36,569 nt of DNA. Origin: a virus. Position 1 is the first letter of the stretch; every line of letters starts with the position of its first letter. A model generated the notes under the pieces. It saw only the letters and a list, made by a program, of their open reading frames with translations. It had not been told where the DNA came from and ran no database searches. The stretch lies in the UHGV virus genome UHGV-1487493, one strand, 5' to 3'. Positions 1 through 8,253 of the stretch are shown here, piece by piece. Both the position numbers and the translations under genes were made by a program.

Positions 1-600
1 ATTTTTTTTTGCAATAATTTGCACTTTCCATGGCCATTCTAATTGACTGCAAGGAACAGTACCGCGATATTCAATCATTTTAGAATTTGTTATTTCTATA
101 TCATCAGGGATGGTAATTCCAAATGGTAAATCTACCGTCTTAAATGTTAGTGATACTTCGTATAGAAGGCCTACATCACTAAAACCTTGAAAATCATAAT
201 TGATTTCTCCGTCTAATAACACTTTATATCTATAATGATATTGACGTTGCTTATCAACTCTCAACATATCGAAACCTTGCTTTTCTCCAGGTCGCTCATA
301 ACCATATAAGCTTTGATTAGTATACATTTTAGTTATATAAAATGGTTCTGTGTCTGCAAAAGTACCATTCAATTTATCTTTCATGTACTCATCTTGAAGT
401 TCATTTTCTACATAATAATAACCACTCACAGTGATTTTTTTCTCACTATGAGTGGCTCCCAAAAATAGACTTCGGTTAGTTCCGTCTATTTTTTTTGTAT
501 TAATTTCAACAATAGAATTAGTGGAATTAATATCTATCACAAGGACACCTAGGGAGGACATCCTTGTAGATAAGTTTTCCTTTTCTATTTTTAAGTCCAT
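1..600 (-). CDS. Distal tail protein (Dit), N-terminal 200 codons; the ORF runs off the window start and resumes at the window end
   Basis: ATG at 600 with a GGAGGA RBS; open frame to position 1 with an exact codon boundary; it sits immediately downstream of the tape measure gene, the canonical Dit position. Confidence 0.6.
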   Translation of the reverse strand, partial: MDLKIEKENLSTRMSSLGVLVIDINSTNSIVEINTKKIDGTNRSLFLGATHSEKKITVSGYYYVENELQDEYMKDKLNGTFADTEPFYITKMYTNQSLYGYERPGEKQGFDMLRVDKQRQYHYRYKVLLDGEINYDFQGFSDVGLLYEVSLTFKTVDLPFGITIPDDIEITNSKMIEYRGTVPCSQLEWPWKVQIIAKKN

Positions 601-611
601 AGTGTCCTCCT

Positions 612-3600
612 CTATTTCTTGTTAACCAAATTAACTTTATTTTGATTTCTTGCTTCTTTTTGTTTAACAATTGTGTATATTTTATCTCCAACAAGTTCGG
701 TATGAACTTCAAATACTGGTTCTTGTAATTGACTAGTTTTAACTTCTTCGCTTAATTCATTCATAGATGAAGAAAGCTTATTAGAGACATTTCTAGTATC
801 CGCCGTTAAAACAGAATTTGCTTCATATTCTTGTGATTTTATTGATGTTGCATATGCTAACGCTTGTCTATCAACTTGCTTTTGCATTCTTGACATGCCG
901 TTAACTAAACCCATCCCAACAAATCCCCCAATTTTATCGGTAACACGTGATGGCGAATGAATATCCAGTGCTTTCCTCATAGTACGGGCTACGTTACTAG
1001 CTATATTACTAGCAGTTGCGTAAATAGAACCCGCAGAATTTGCTAAACCATTTCTCAAACCTATACCTGCATTATAACCGATATTAGAAAGCGTTGAAGT
1101 CAATCCACTAAAAATGGAGTTTATTCGACTCGTGGAAGAAATCATTATGCTTGTCATTGAATTCATGCTATTCATAACGGCACTATTCATTCTATTCATA
1201 CCATTTTGAACATTATTTGCCATTGAATTGAATGCTTGAGTATTTGCAGAATTTATCCTACTGAATCCCCCGTTAATAGTACTAACAACACTATTCATTG
1301 TACCTGTCACATTTGACTTCATTGAGTTCATGGACTTCGTTACATTGTTTGACATCTGTGAAATGTCTTGCGAAGATTTATTATTAATATTTTGTGTATT
1401 ATTTGATACATTTTGAAACATTTGGTTAGAGGCACTAGAAGCTTGTTGGGTAGCTTGATTCATATTAGTGCCAACAGCATTCGCAGTACCAGAGGTAGCC
1501 TGATTAACATTAGATAAAATACTATTATAGTCACTAGAGACACCATTTAGTGCACTATTAGACTCTTTTGTTGCAGCATTTGCTGCTTTAGTTGAATTTG
1601 AACTTACTACACTATTAAGGTTATTCATCGTTCCTGATACATTTGTAGCTAGTAGATTATAGTTTGAAGACGTACCATCTTTAGCTGCATTAGAAGCATT
1701 AATTGCATTGTTTGAGGCCTGTGTACTCAAATTACCTACATTTAGATTCATGTTGTTCATTGAATTAGCAACATTTGAACTTGCTTGTCCATAAGATGAA
1801 CTCAAATTTGTAGCAGTAGTTGTAGCATCATTTGATACTTTTGAGCTTGTTTCAGATGACTTACCCGTTATTGTGTTCCATAAATTTGAAAACCCATTTT
1901 TAATACCATCCCAAGCTCCTTTTAAAACATTAGGAATAGCCTCTAAAATAGCACCAGCAAGAGCTTTAATAATATCCCATCCAGCAGCAATAATTTGTGG
2001 TAGCATCTGGATTACCGTGCCAATCAACGTCATAATGATTTGTATCCCTGAAGAGACAATGTTAGGTAAATTTTCTACAATACCATTAACCAAGGCCATA
2101 ATAATTTGCATTGCAGCATCTAGAATCATAGGTAAGTTTTCTACAATAAAATTACATAATGAATTTATTATTTGGACTGCTCCATCTAAAAGCTTAGGTA
2201 TATTATCCATTAAACCTTGGATTAATGTTAGAATCGCGTTTAATGCGACAGGTAAAATTTGTGGCAGTAATTGAGTAAGACCATCAATTAAATTCTGAAG
2301 AATCTGAATACCCGTATCTATAATCTGAGGTAGATTTTCCATTACAGAATTAACAAACGAATCCAAGATTTTTTTTACTGATTCAACTATTTTGGGTATA
2401 TTTTGAATGATTCCTTTAACTATATTCAGCAAAAGTTCCATTCCCATTTTTAATAATTCAGGCAATGCACTTGCTATGGAGCTCAAAAATGAAGTAATAA
2501 CTTCTAAAGCTGAATTTATAAGAGAAGGTGCATTTTGTCCTACACCTTGTACAAGACTTCCAATAATCTTCATACCTGCATCTATGATTACTGGAATCAT
2601 TGTAGATATAGCACTAGCTAGTTTAGCAATTAATTCAGTGCCACTTTGCATAAGTTGTGGCAATTGTGAGGTAATACCATTAACAAGATTAGTTATAATT
2701 TCTGGTCCTTTTGTAGTTACTGTGTTTAATAATTGGTCAATTTGTGCTCCAAATTGATTATTTATTAATCCCAATCCAGCTATAACTAACCCTAATATAG
2801 CTGCAGGTCCTATAGCTGATAAAGCCACTTGCATGATAGTTCCCATTGCAGAAGTCATGCCACCTAAGGCTCCCATCCCAACAGAACTTGCCATGGATAA
2901 GCTACTTCCTATTTTAGGAATTAAACCTATTAAACCTGTTAATCCAGAACTAAACATTTTGAACGGTCCGCTTATCATACCTCCTAATATTCCTGAAAAT
3001 GCTGAAAATCCGCTTGAAAGAGATGCAATTGCAGGAACTGCTTTACTGACTACTAGCGCGCTTCCCAATACAGCAGCTATAGGTAATAGTCCTTGAATAG
3101 CACCTTTTAAAGCATCAATACTTTTTTTAGACAAATCAGTACCATTTATAAAATGGTTTAAAACATTTGTAGCAATATCTACCGCTGCAGATATTTTATC
3201 CATATTAAAGTCACCAATTTTATCTGTTAATTTGCTGACTGCTTCTATCCCTACTTGAGACAGTTGATCAAAAGCCGGTTGTAATTTATTGGTGATTGTT
3301 TCCTTTAAGCCATCCATTGCTTGCCCGACAGTTTTATATTCGGTAGCCATTTTTGAAAACGTTTCGTTTGTACCAGTTTTAGTTATTGCATCAAAGAAAT
3401 CTTGAGTAGCAATTTTCCCATCTTGAACCGCAGTCACCATTTCAGAGGTTGACATACCCATAGTTTTAGCAACAGCTGCAATACCCGCAGGAGTTTGTTC
3501 TAACATCAATTTAAAATCTTGCCATTGAACCATCGGTTTTGCAGCCATTTGTGTAGCTTGTTGACTTAGCGTCGTCATCGCTTGTGTCGGATTTTCAGCT

Positions 3601-4526
3601 GCCGCAGCTAATCCACCAAACCCCATAACCAATTTGTCAGTATTTTTTATTCCTACAGCTGCTAATTGACTATATGTAGTAGCCATTTCAGAAGCAGAAT
3701 AAATTGTTTTAGTGGCAAAATCCTGTAGCTCTTTTTTTACAGATGCTATTTCATCTTTTCCTTTACCAATATTTTCCATATTAGCATTGAAAGTTTTCCA
3801 TGTAGCTGAGCCTTGGTTCAAGTCACCTATAATTTCTTTAAATCCGCTAGAAAGTGCTGATATGCCTTTTTGAGCTACCGCGTATGCTGCACCAATACCT
3901 ATGATTTTTTTTACTAAATCATCTGTTGCTGATCCTGCTTTATTGGTTCCTGAAACCATCTTATTTAGTGCGTTAGACGCTTTTGATCCAGCACTATTAA
4001 ACGCTCCAGTTAATTTCGAACCTATATTAGTTCCCAAAGTAGTAATTTTTGAACTTATTTCACTAGCACTTGATCCAACAGATTTAAATGCACTTTTAAA
4101 AGGCTGTGGTATTTTAGAAGCAACTGTCGAAAATGCTTTACCAATTATTGATGTTTGTTGTGATAGTCCAGCTCCCATTTCTTTAGCTGAACTTACAACC
4201 GCATTCTTGGCAGTAGACATCCCTTTTTTAATTGGTTGTGGAATTTTTTCGCCGATTCCAGCAATTACACGTTGAATACCGCCGCCAGCTTTTTCAAATA
4301 ATGCAACAGTTTGCGGTAAAACTTTAGAAACGCTATTTAGCATCGGATCAGCTAACTTACTCATAATTTGACCGACTTTTTGAGTAGTACTCATAGATCC
4401 ATTTTGTAATATGTTAGCAACATCATTCATAGTTTTATTTGCTATAGATGAAACTTTATTCATTGCAGCATTATATTGCGACAAATCAGCACCGATAACA
4501 GCGTTAATAGCACCTTCAAAAGCCAT
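612..4526 (-). CDS. Tail tape measure protein (1304 aa)
   Basis: Size and position between the G/T chaperones and Dit; GGAGGTG RBS; internal ~22-aa tandem repeats (..ENLPxIxxxGxQII..); ~380-aa Ser/Asn/Thr-rich low-complexity segment; helical N-terminus. Confidence 0.9.
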   Translation of the reverse strand: MAFEGAINAVIGADLSQYNAAMNKVSSIANKTMNDVANILQNGSMSTTQKVGQIMSKLADPMLNSVSKVLPQTVALFEKAGGGIQRVIAGIGEKIPQPIKKGMSTAKNAVVSSAKEMGAGLSQQTSIIGKAFSTVASKIPQPFKSAFKSVGSSASEISSKITTLGTNIGSKLTGAFNSAGSKASNALNKMVSGTNKAGSATDDLVKKIIGIGAAYAVAQKGISALSSGFKEIIGDLNQGSATWKTFNANMENIGKGKDEIASVKKELQDFATKTIYSASEMATTYSQLAAVGIKNTDKLVMGFGGLAAAAENPTQAMTTLSQQATQMAAKPMVQWQDFKLMLEQTPAGIAAVAKTMGMSTSEMVTAVQDGKIATQDFFDAITKTGTNETFSKMATEYKTVGQAMDGLKETITNKLQPAFDQLSQVGIEAVSKLTDKIGDFNMDKISAAVDIATNVLNHFINGTDLSKKSIDALKGAIQGLLPIAAVLGSALVVSKAVPAIASLSSGFSAFSGILGGMISGPFKMFSSGLTGLIGLIPKIGSSLSMASSVGMGALGGMTSAMGTIMQVALSAIGPAAILGLVIAGLGLINNQFGAQIDQLLNTVTTKGPEIITNLVNGITSQLPQLMQSGTELIAKLASAISTMIPVIIDAGMKIIGSLVQGVGQNAPSLINSALEVITSFLSSIASALPELLKMGMELLLNIVKGIIQNIPKIVESVKKILDSFVNSVMENLPQIIDTGIQILQNLIDGLTQLLPQILPVALNAILTLIQGLMDNIPKLLDGAVQIINSLCNFIVENLPMILDAAMQIIMALVNGIVENLPNIVSSGIQIIMTLIGTVIQMLPQIIAAGWDIIKALAGAILEAIPNVLKGAWDGIKNGFSNLWNTITGKSSETSSKVSNDATTTATNLSSSYGQASSNVANSMNNMNLNVGNLSTQASNNAINASNAAKDGTSSNYNLLATNVSGTMNNLNSVVSSNSTKAANAATKESNSALNGVSSDYNSILSNVNQATSGTANAVGTNMNQATQQASSASNQMFQNVSNNTQNINNKSSQDISQMSNNVTKSMNSMKSNVTGTMNSVVSTINGGFSRINSANTQAFNSMANNVQNGMNRMNSAVMNSMNSMTSIMISSTSRINSIFSGLTSTLSNIGYNAGIGLRNGLANSAGSIYATASNIASNVARTMRKALDIHSPSRVTDKIGGFVGMGLVNGMSRMQKQVDRQALAYATSIKSQEYEANSVLTADTRNVSNKLSSSMNELSEEVKTSQLQEPVFEVHTELVGDKIYTIVKQKEARNQNKVNLVNKK

Positions 4527-4530
4527 TTAC

Positions 4531-4845
4531 TCACCTCCACTTTTTATTTTTGAAATAGTTCATCACTTCTTTTGCCTTTTCCACACGATTGTATGTTTCT
4601 TCCTTTTCGTTTGTCGTAGCAAAAATAGATTTTATTTTGCGTTCAATTTTTTCTTTATCAAATACCTTTTTTATTTTTGGCTTTTTTGCATTCAAAACAT
4701 ATCTTAAAGTAAACGCATAGTGAGCTTTTTGTTCTTGTTCATCTACGCTTTTCAAAGCTAATCCTTCTAAAATCGCTTCTAACTCCCACTTATAACAAGA
4801 CATAATTAATGGAATATCCACTAATCCTTGCCTAGCACAATTCAC
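4531..4845 (-). CDS. Tail assembly chaperone, gpT-like distal part (-1 frame relative to the upstream chaperone)
   Basis: Lies between gpG-like ORF and TMP; begins with GTG overlapping the TAG of the upstream ORF (TAGTG) in the -1 frame; that frame stays open >=13 codons upstream. Confidence 0.5.
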   Translation of the reverse strand: MNCARQGLVDIPLIMSCYKWELEAILEGLALKSVDEQEQKAHYAFTLRYVLNAKKPKIKKVFDKEKIERKIKSIFATTNEKEETYNRVEKAKEVMNYFKNKKWR

Positions 4846-5321
4846 TATGAGATTTCTTTCTTGATTCGATCTGCTAAATCTTTGACCGCTTTTGCTTGTT
4901 GCTCTGGATTTTGAATCTCTTCGGTCGGTTGTTGGCTCTTCAAGTAATCTGCTGCTTTCTCTAGATTGTTGATATATTTCTTCAATTTCTTCACGAAAAA
5001 ACCAGAATCCAACATTTCTTGTTTAAGTGTTTCAAATACCATGCTGTATCCTTCTTCTTCATCTTCAAAAGTTTCCACAAAATCCTGAACAGACTTCGCA
5101 ATGTCTTCATCTGTTACTTTGTCTTTTGAAGCCAGCTTGATAATATCAAAAAGCGCATCATCATCTTCTTCTAGAACTTTTACAAAAAGAACACCTGCAC
5201 CATCATTTTGTGAATTACCTTGAGCATCTTTTGTACCTAGCTTTTTATTAGCTTTAAATAACATTCCATAATTAAACTTAATTTCTAATTGTTTCCCTTT
5301 TAATTCAACTGCAAATGACAT
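4845..5321 (-). CDS. Tail assembly chaperone, gpG-like (acidic, 158 aa)
   Basis: Acidic small protein immediately upstream of the T-like ORF and TMP, the conserved siphovirus arrangement. Confidence 0.6.
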   Translation of the reverse strand: MSFAVELKGKQLEIKFNYGMLFKANKKLGTKDAQGNSQNDGAGVLFVKVLEEDDDALFDIIKLASKDKVTDEDIAKSVQDFVETFEDEEEGYSMVFETLKQEMLDSGFFVKKLKKYINNLEKAADYLKSQQPTEEIQNPEQQAKAVKDLADRIKKEIS

Positions 5322-6208
5322 ATATTATTTCCTCCTGTTTTAGCCATTTTTATAGCGTCTATATATTTTATAGTTGCTTTATCTTTAGCCATATTATCTA
5401 ATCTATCTTCAAAGGGACTAGTATTAACATATTTTCCTTTAAAAAATAAATCTTTATCTTTTTCAGTTACACCTGCATTGTGTAATATTTTTGTTTCGTA
5501 CCATTTATTGACTGGATCAGTTGGCCAGCAAAAATTTAATTCTTCATGAATTTTAGGACCTATGTTATAAAACATCATATTCCAAAGTTGTGCCCACATC
5601 TCAGCTGTCCATTTTTGAATATTACTTTGTTGAGCATCAAGGTAACGATAAAGACGATTTGAATCATGATAAACTTTTTCCCAATATTCTTTCTTAGGAC
5701 GTGTAATAACCCACTGAGCTCCTCCAGAGTTATTATTAATTGTTTCTAACGAATCTACAGTCACACCTACAATATTTGCCATATCAGCTAAGATTTTTTC
5801 TCCATTTTTACATTGACGAATATAATCTAAATTCAAATAACCGTTGCAATCAGAACAATACCATACGTCATTTTTTGACGGCATTTTTCTAAAATTAATT
5901 TTCTTTCTGAAAATAACATCTGAATCAATATACATATATCGTTCATTTTCTCGTTTAGGATTCTCTTCTAAATATTTCCACCATAGATAAGGTTTGATTG
6001 AAGGGATATATTCTTTGTCATCCCTAGAATCTTCATAAACATGAACTTCAACGCCATATTTCTCTTCAAAAAAACTAGGAATCGTGTCATCATGCTTGCT
6101 AAAAATAAGCACAATATCTTTAATTCCTAGTTTTTTCAAATTTGTCAAACAAACCTCTAATTCCCATTTAAAACGAGTGATTGCAGGTTGACAAAGAATA
6201 TATTTCAT
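5300..6208 (-). CDS. Putative GT-A-fold glycosyltransferase with DxD motif, embedded in the tail operon
   Basis: 302 aa; motif YMYIDSDVIF about 100 aa from the N-terminus resembles the hhYhDxDhh sugar-nucleotide-binding DxD of GT-A enzymes (Gly_transf_sug-like); start overlaps the major tail protein stop (TAATG); 22 bp overlap with the downstream chaperone. Confidence 0.45.
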   Translation of the reverse strand: MKYILCQPAITRFKWELEVCLTNLKKLGIKDIVLIFSKHDDTIPSFFEEKYGVEVHVYEDSRDDKEYIPSIKPYLWWKYLEENPKRENERYMYIDSDVIFRKKINFRKMPSKNDVWYCSDCNGYLNLDYIRQCKNGEKILADMANIVGVTVDSLETINNNSGGAQWVITRPKKEYWEKVYHDSNRLYRYLDAQQSNIQKWTAEMWAQLWNMMFYNIGPKIHEELNFCWPTDPVNKWYETKILHNAGVTEKDKDLFFKGKYVNTSPFEDRLDNMAKDKATIKYIDAIKMAKTGGNNICHLQLN

Positions 6209-6864
6209 TACTTAGAAGGCGCCTGCGTTGTTGTTGTCGTCGTGGTGGAAGATGTTGTTGTAGTAGTTGTGGAAGTAGTAGTTGTTGTTCCATTATCAAT
6301 ATTGCTATAATCACCAGTAGTTTCTCCTGGGCGTTGGAATTGATACAAACTTTCGACCATTGCAACGTCTTCATCTGACAAAGGAAATGTTCCGTCTTGC
6401 AATTTCCCTACAATATTTAATGTGTAGCTAATTTCAACTAAATCTTCTCCTTCAGCATATTCTAATTCGTCAGGGATACCATAACCAAATTTAGCTGGAT
6501 AAGCTTTAGTTCCGGCTCCTTCTTCCGTTGCAAGAGTATCGTCAACAACAACTCGCCATACTTTAACAGAATGTCCATTCTTTTTGGCTTCTTCAATAAC
6601 ATCAATTGATTCATCATCGGGAGCAAAGTATTGTGTCAATTCAATACTATGTTCATCAGTTGACTTTAAAATGATACGACCCATTTTTGTTTGTTCATCG
6701 ATGTTGTCACCACCAATAGTTGTAGTACCATCTGTTTGAAATGCAGGCAAGAGAGCTGGAGATCCAATTGGTACTTGTGTGCTTTGAATAAAGTACCAAA
6801 CACGATTTCCTCTAATAGGTGTTCCTTGAAATTTTTTAATTCCGTTATTTACTGTTTCTGGCAT
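6208..6864 (-). CDS. Major tail protein with C-terminal poly-threonine tail
   Basis: 218 aa located between head-tail joining genes and the tail chaperones; C-terminus ...NGTTTTTSTTTTTTSSTTTTTTTQAPSK encoded by ACN codon repeats at 6211-6290. Confidence 0.75.
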   Translation of the reverse strand: MPETVNNGIKKFQGTPIRGNRVWYFIQSTQVPIGSPALLPAFQTDGTTTIGGDNIDEQTKMGRIILKSTDEHSIELTQYFAPDDESIDVIEEAKKNGHSVKVWRVVVDDTLATEEGAGTKAYPAKFGYGIPDELEYAEGEDLVEISYTLNIVGKLQDGTFPLSDEDVAMVESLYQFQRPGETTGDYSNIDNGTTTTTSTTTTTTSSTTTTTTTQAPSK

Positions 6865-6875
6865 ATGAATTCCTC

Positions 6876-7247
6876 CTAAAAAATATAATCAGATATTTTA
6901 AATACGACATGATAAACTTCTCGACCAATAGTGTTATCAGGTCTAATATTTGTACTAATTTTCTTTGTACGTAGAGCAGATTTGGTTTGATATATTACAT
7001 CTTCGACTTTTGCTCTACTATTTACTGGATAAAATAAATCTATTTGTAAATCAGTGTTCACTATTGCAGCACCAAACTTTGCACTTTTTGTATCATCGTC
7101 AAAGTGATTGCCAATAACATAAAAAGGCTCAATAATTTCTGGCCCTGGAAGTTTATAGTAAATAGGGATTCCCGTTTTATTTAATTTTTCAGAAATCTCT
7201 TTTAAAAATTTAGTATTTGGGGCATGTTCCACTTCATTTACCTCCAA
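6876..7247 (-). CDS. Tail completion / tail terminator-like protein
   Basis: 123-aa ORF immediately upstream of the major tail protein in conserved gene order. Confidence 0.45.
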   Translation of the reverse strand: MEVNEVEHAPNTKFLKEISEKLNKTGIPIYYKLPGPEIIEPFYVIGNHFDDDTKSAKFGAAIVNTDLQIDLFYPVNSRAKVEDVIYQTKSALRTKKISTNIRPDNTIGREVYHVVFKISDYIF

Positions 7248-7581
7248 CTATCTTTTGTAAATTCTTCATTAATGTTGGATATTCTTCTTTAACAGCAGGA
7301 TACAAGAAAGGTTGAGCAGCCATGAAGCGTGTTCCTTCTTCGATGAAAATTGAATAGTTAGCAGGCGAGTCTATACTTACACACATTCTGTTCATCATAT
7401 ATGAATATATATTGCTTCTTAACCATCCAGTATCTACCGGTGCTAATTGTTTAGCCCTTTTCTCAACTCTAAATCCTGATTTTTGTAGCTCTTTATGAAT
7501 GGACTGTTCTGTTTTTTCTGTTTGCTTCTTAACACCACGAACAAATGCCTTCAGTCCAACAATTTGAATAACTTTGCTCAT
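7234..7581 (-). CDS. HK97 gp10-family head-tail joining protein
   Basis: 115 aa with the VDTGxLRxSI signature typical of the HK97 gp10 family; position in the head-tail joining block. Confidence 0.55.
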   Translation of the reverse strand: MSKVIQIVGLKAFVRGVKKQTEKTEQSIHKELQKSGFRVEKRAKQLAPVDTGWLRSNIYSYMMNRMCVSIDSPANYSIFIEEGTRFMAAQPFLYPAVKEEYPTLMKNLQKIVGGK

Positions 7582-7859
7582 GTTAATATCACAACTGTTG
7601 AATTGCGATGGAACTTAACATCAAAAATATTTTTAGAAATACCGTCTATATTAATTTCATCAAAGAAGAAATATCCCTGTAAATGAACTTTAAGTGCATT
7701 CTTATTGTATTTTCCAAAGAAAGCTATTTGTTCATCAAAAGAAATATTATGGATACTGCAAGGTACTGTTTTAACTTCTTTTGAAATGACTTCTTCTCCT
7801 AAATAACCTTCATCAGTAGTAATATTCTTGACTATTTTACAACGATGGTTATAAATCAT
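7578..7859 (-). CDS. Head closure / head-tail adaptor protein (SPP1 gp16-like)
   Basis: 93-aa ORF in conserved position between the connector and the gp10-like gene; overlapping stop/start. Confidence 0.45.
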   Translation of the reverse strand: MIYNHRCKIVKNITTDEGYLGEEVISKEVKTVPCSIHNISFDEQIAFFGKYNKNALKVHLQGYFFFDEINIDGISKNIFDVKFHRNSTVVILT

Positions 7860-8239
7860 GGTAAAAACCTCGCAATTCCTTTACCAGCTCTGATTTCAGG
7901 CTTAGTATATTCGTCTAAAATATTCAAATATTCATCCAAATAACTCTTTTCCCAAGTAAAAGAACGACCTTCTTCGCTGTCAGAACTTGCCCCTTCACTA
8001 TTTCTTTTGTTGAAACGTTTAATTGAGACATCTCTCAATATATAGTTCAAGCTATCAGGTACAGCATCGTATTTGTCTGTTCCATTTTTTTGAGCATATT
8101 GATTCAAGACAGATAAAATGCGTTCTTCACTGTCTTGAATCACTAACGTTAGCAATTCATCTTGGAGCTCGTCAGAAATGCCTAACAAAACTTTGATTTC
8201 CTTCAGACTATTACCATATTCATTTTCTATATTTTCCAT
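7856..8239 (-). CDS. Head-tail connector (gp6 / SPP1 gp15-like DNA packaging protein)
   Basis: 127-aa acidic ORF directly downstream of the capsid gene in conserved order. Confidence 0.45.
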   Translation of the reverse strand: MENIENEYGNSLKEIKVLLGISDELQDELLTLVIQDSEERILSVLNQYAQKNGTDKYDAVPDSLNYILRDVSIKRFNKRNSEGASSDSEEGRSFTWEKSYLDEYLNILDEYTKPEIRAGKGIARFLP

Positions 8240-8253
8240 ATTAGAAACCTACT

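Noticed and set aside
527-712. 61-aa minus-strand ORF overlapping the TMP end and the Dit start
   Set aside because: It lies wholly inside two better-supported genes in another frame.
1950-2600. Periodic ~66-nt repeats that could be mistaken for a CRISPR-like array or a tandem repeat element
   Set aside because: The repeats are degenerate, in frame, and encode the ~22-aa repeat units of the tape measure protein. There are no unique spacers and no leader.
1873-4707. Plus-strand ORFs (1873..2274, 2407..2757, 2833..3096, 3901..4275, 4411..4707) inside the tape measure gene
   Set aside because: They are antisense to a long, well-supported minus-strand gene in an AT-rich repetitive region, have no RBS and low-complexity hydrophobic translations, so they are shadow ORFs.
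6168-6378. ORFs 6168..6374(-) and 6181..6378(+) with QQ/RR/CC runs
   Set aside because: They are alternative-frame readings of the ACN-codon repeat that encodes the poly-Thr tail of the major tail protein; not genes.
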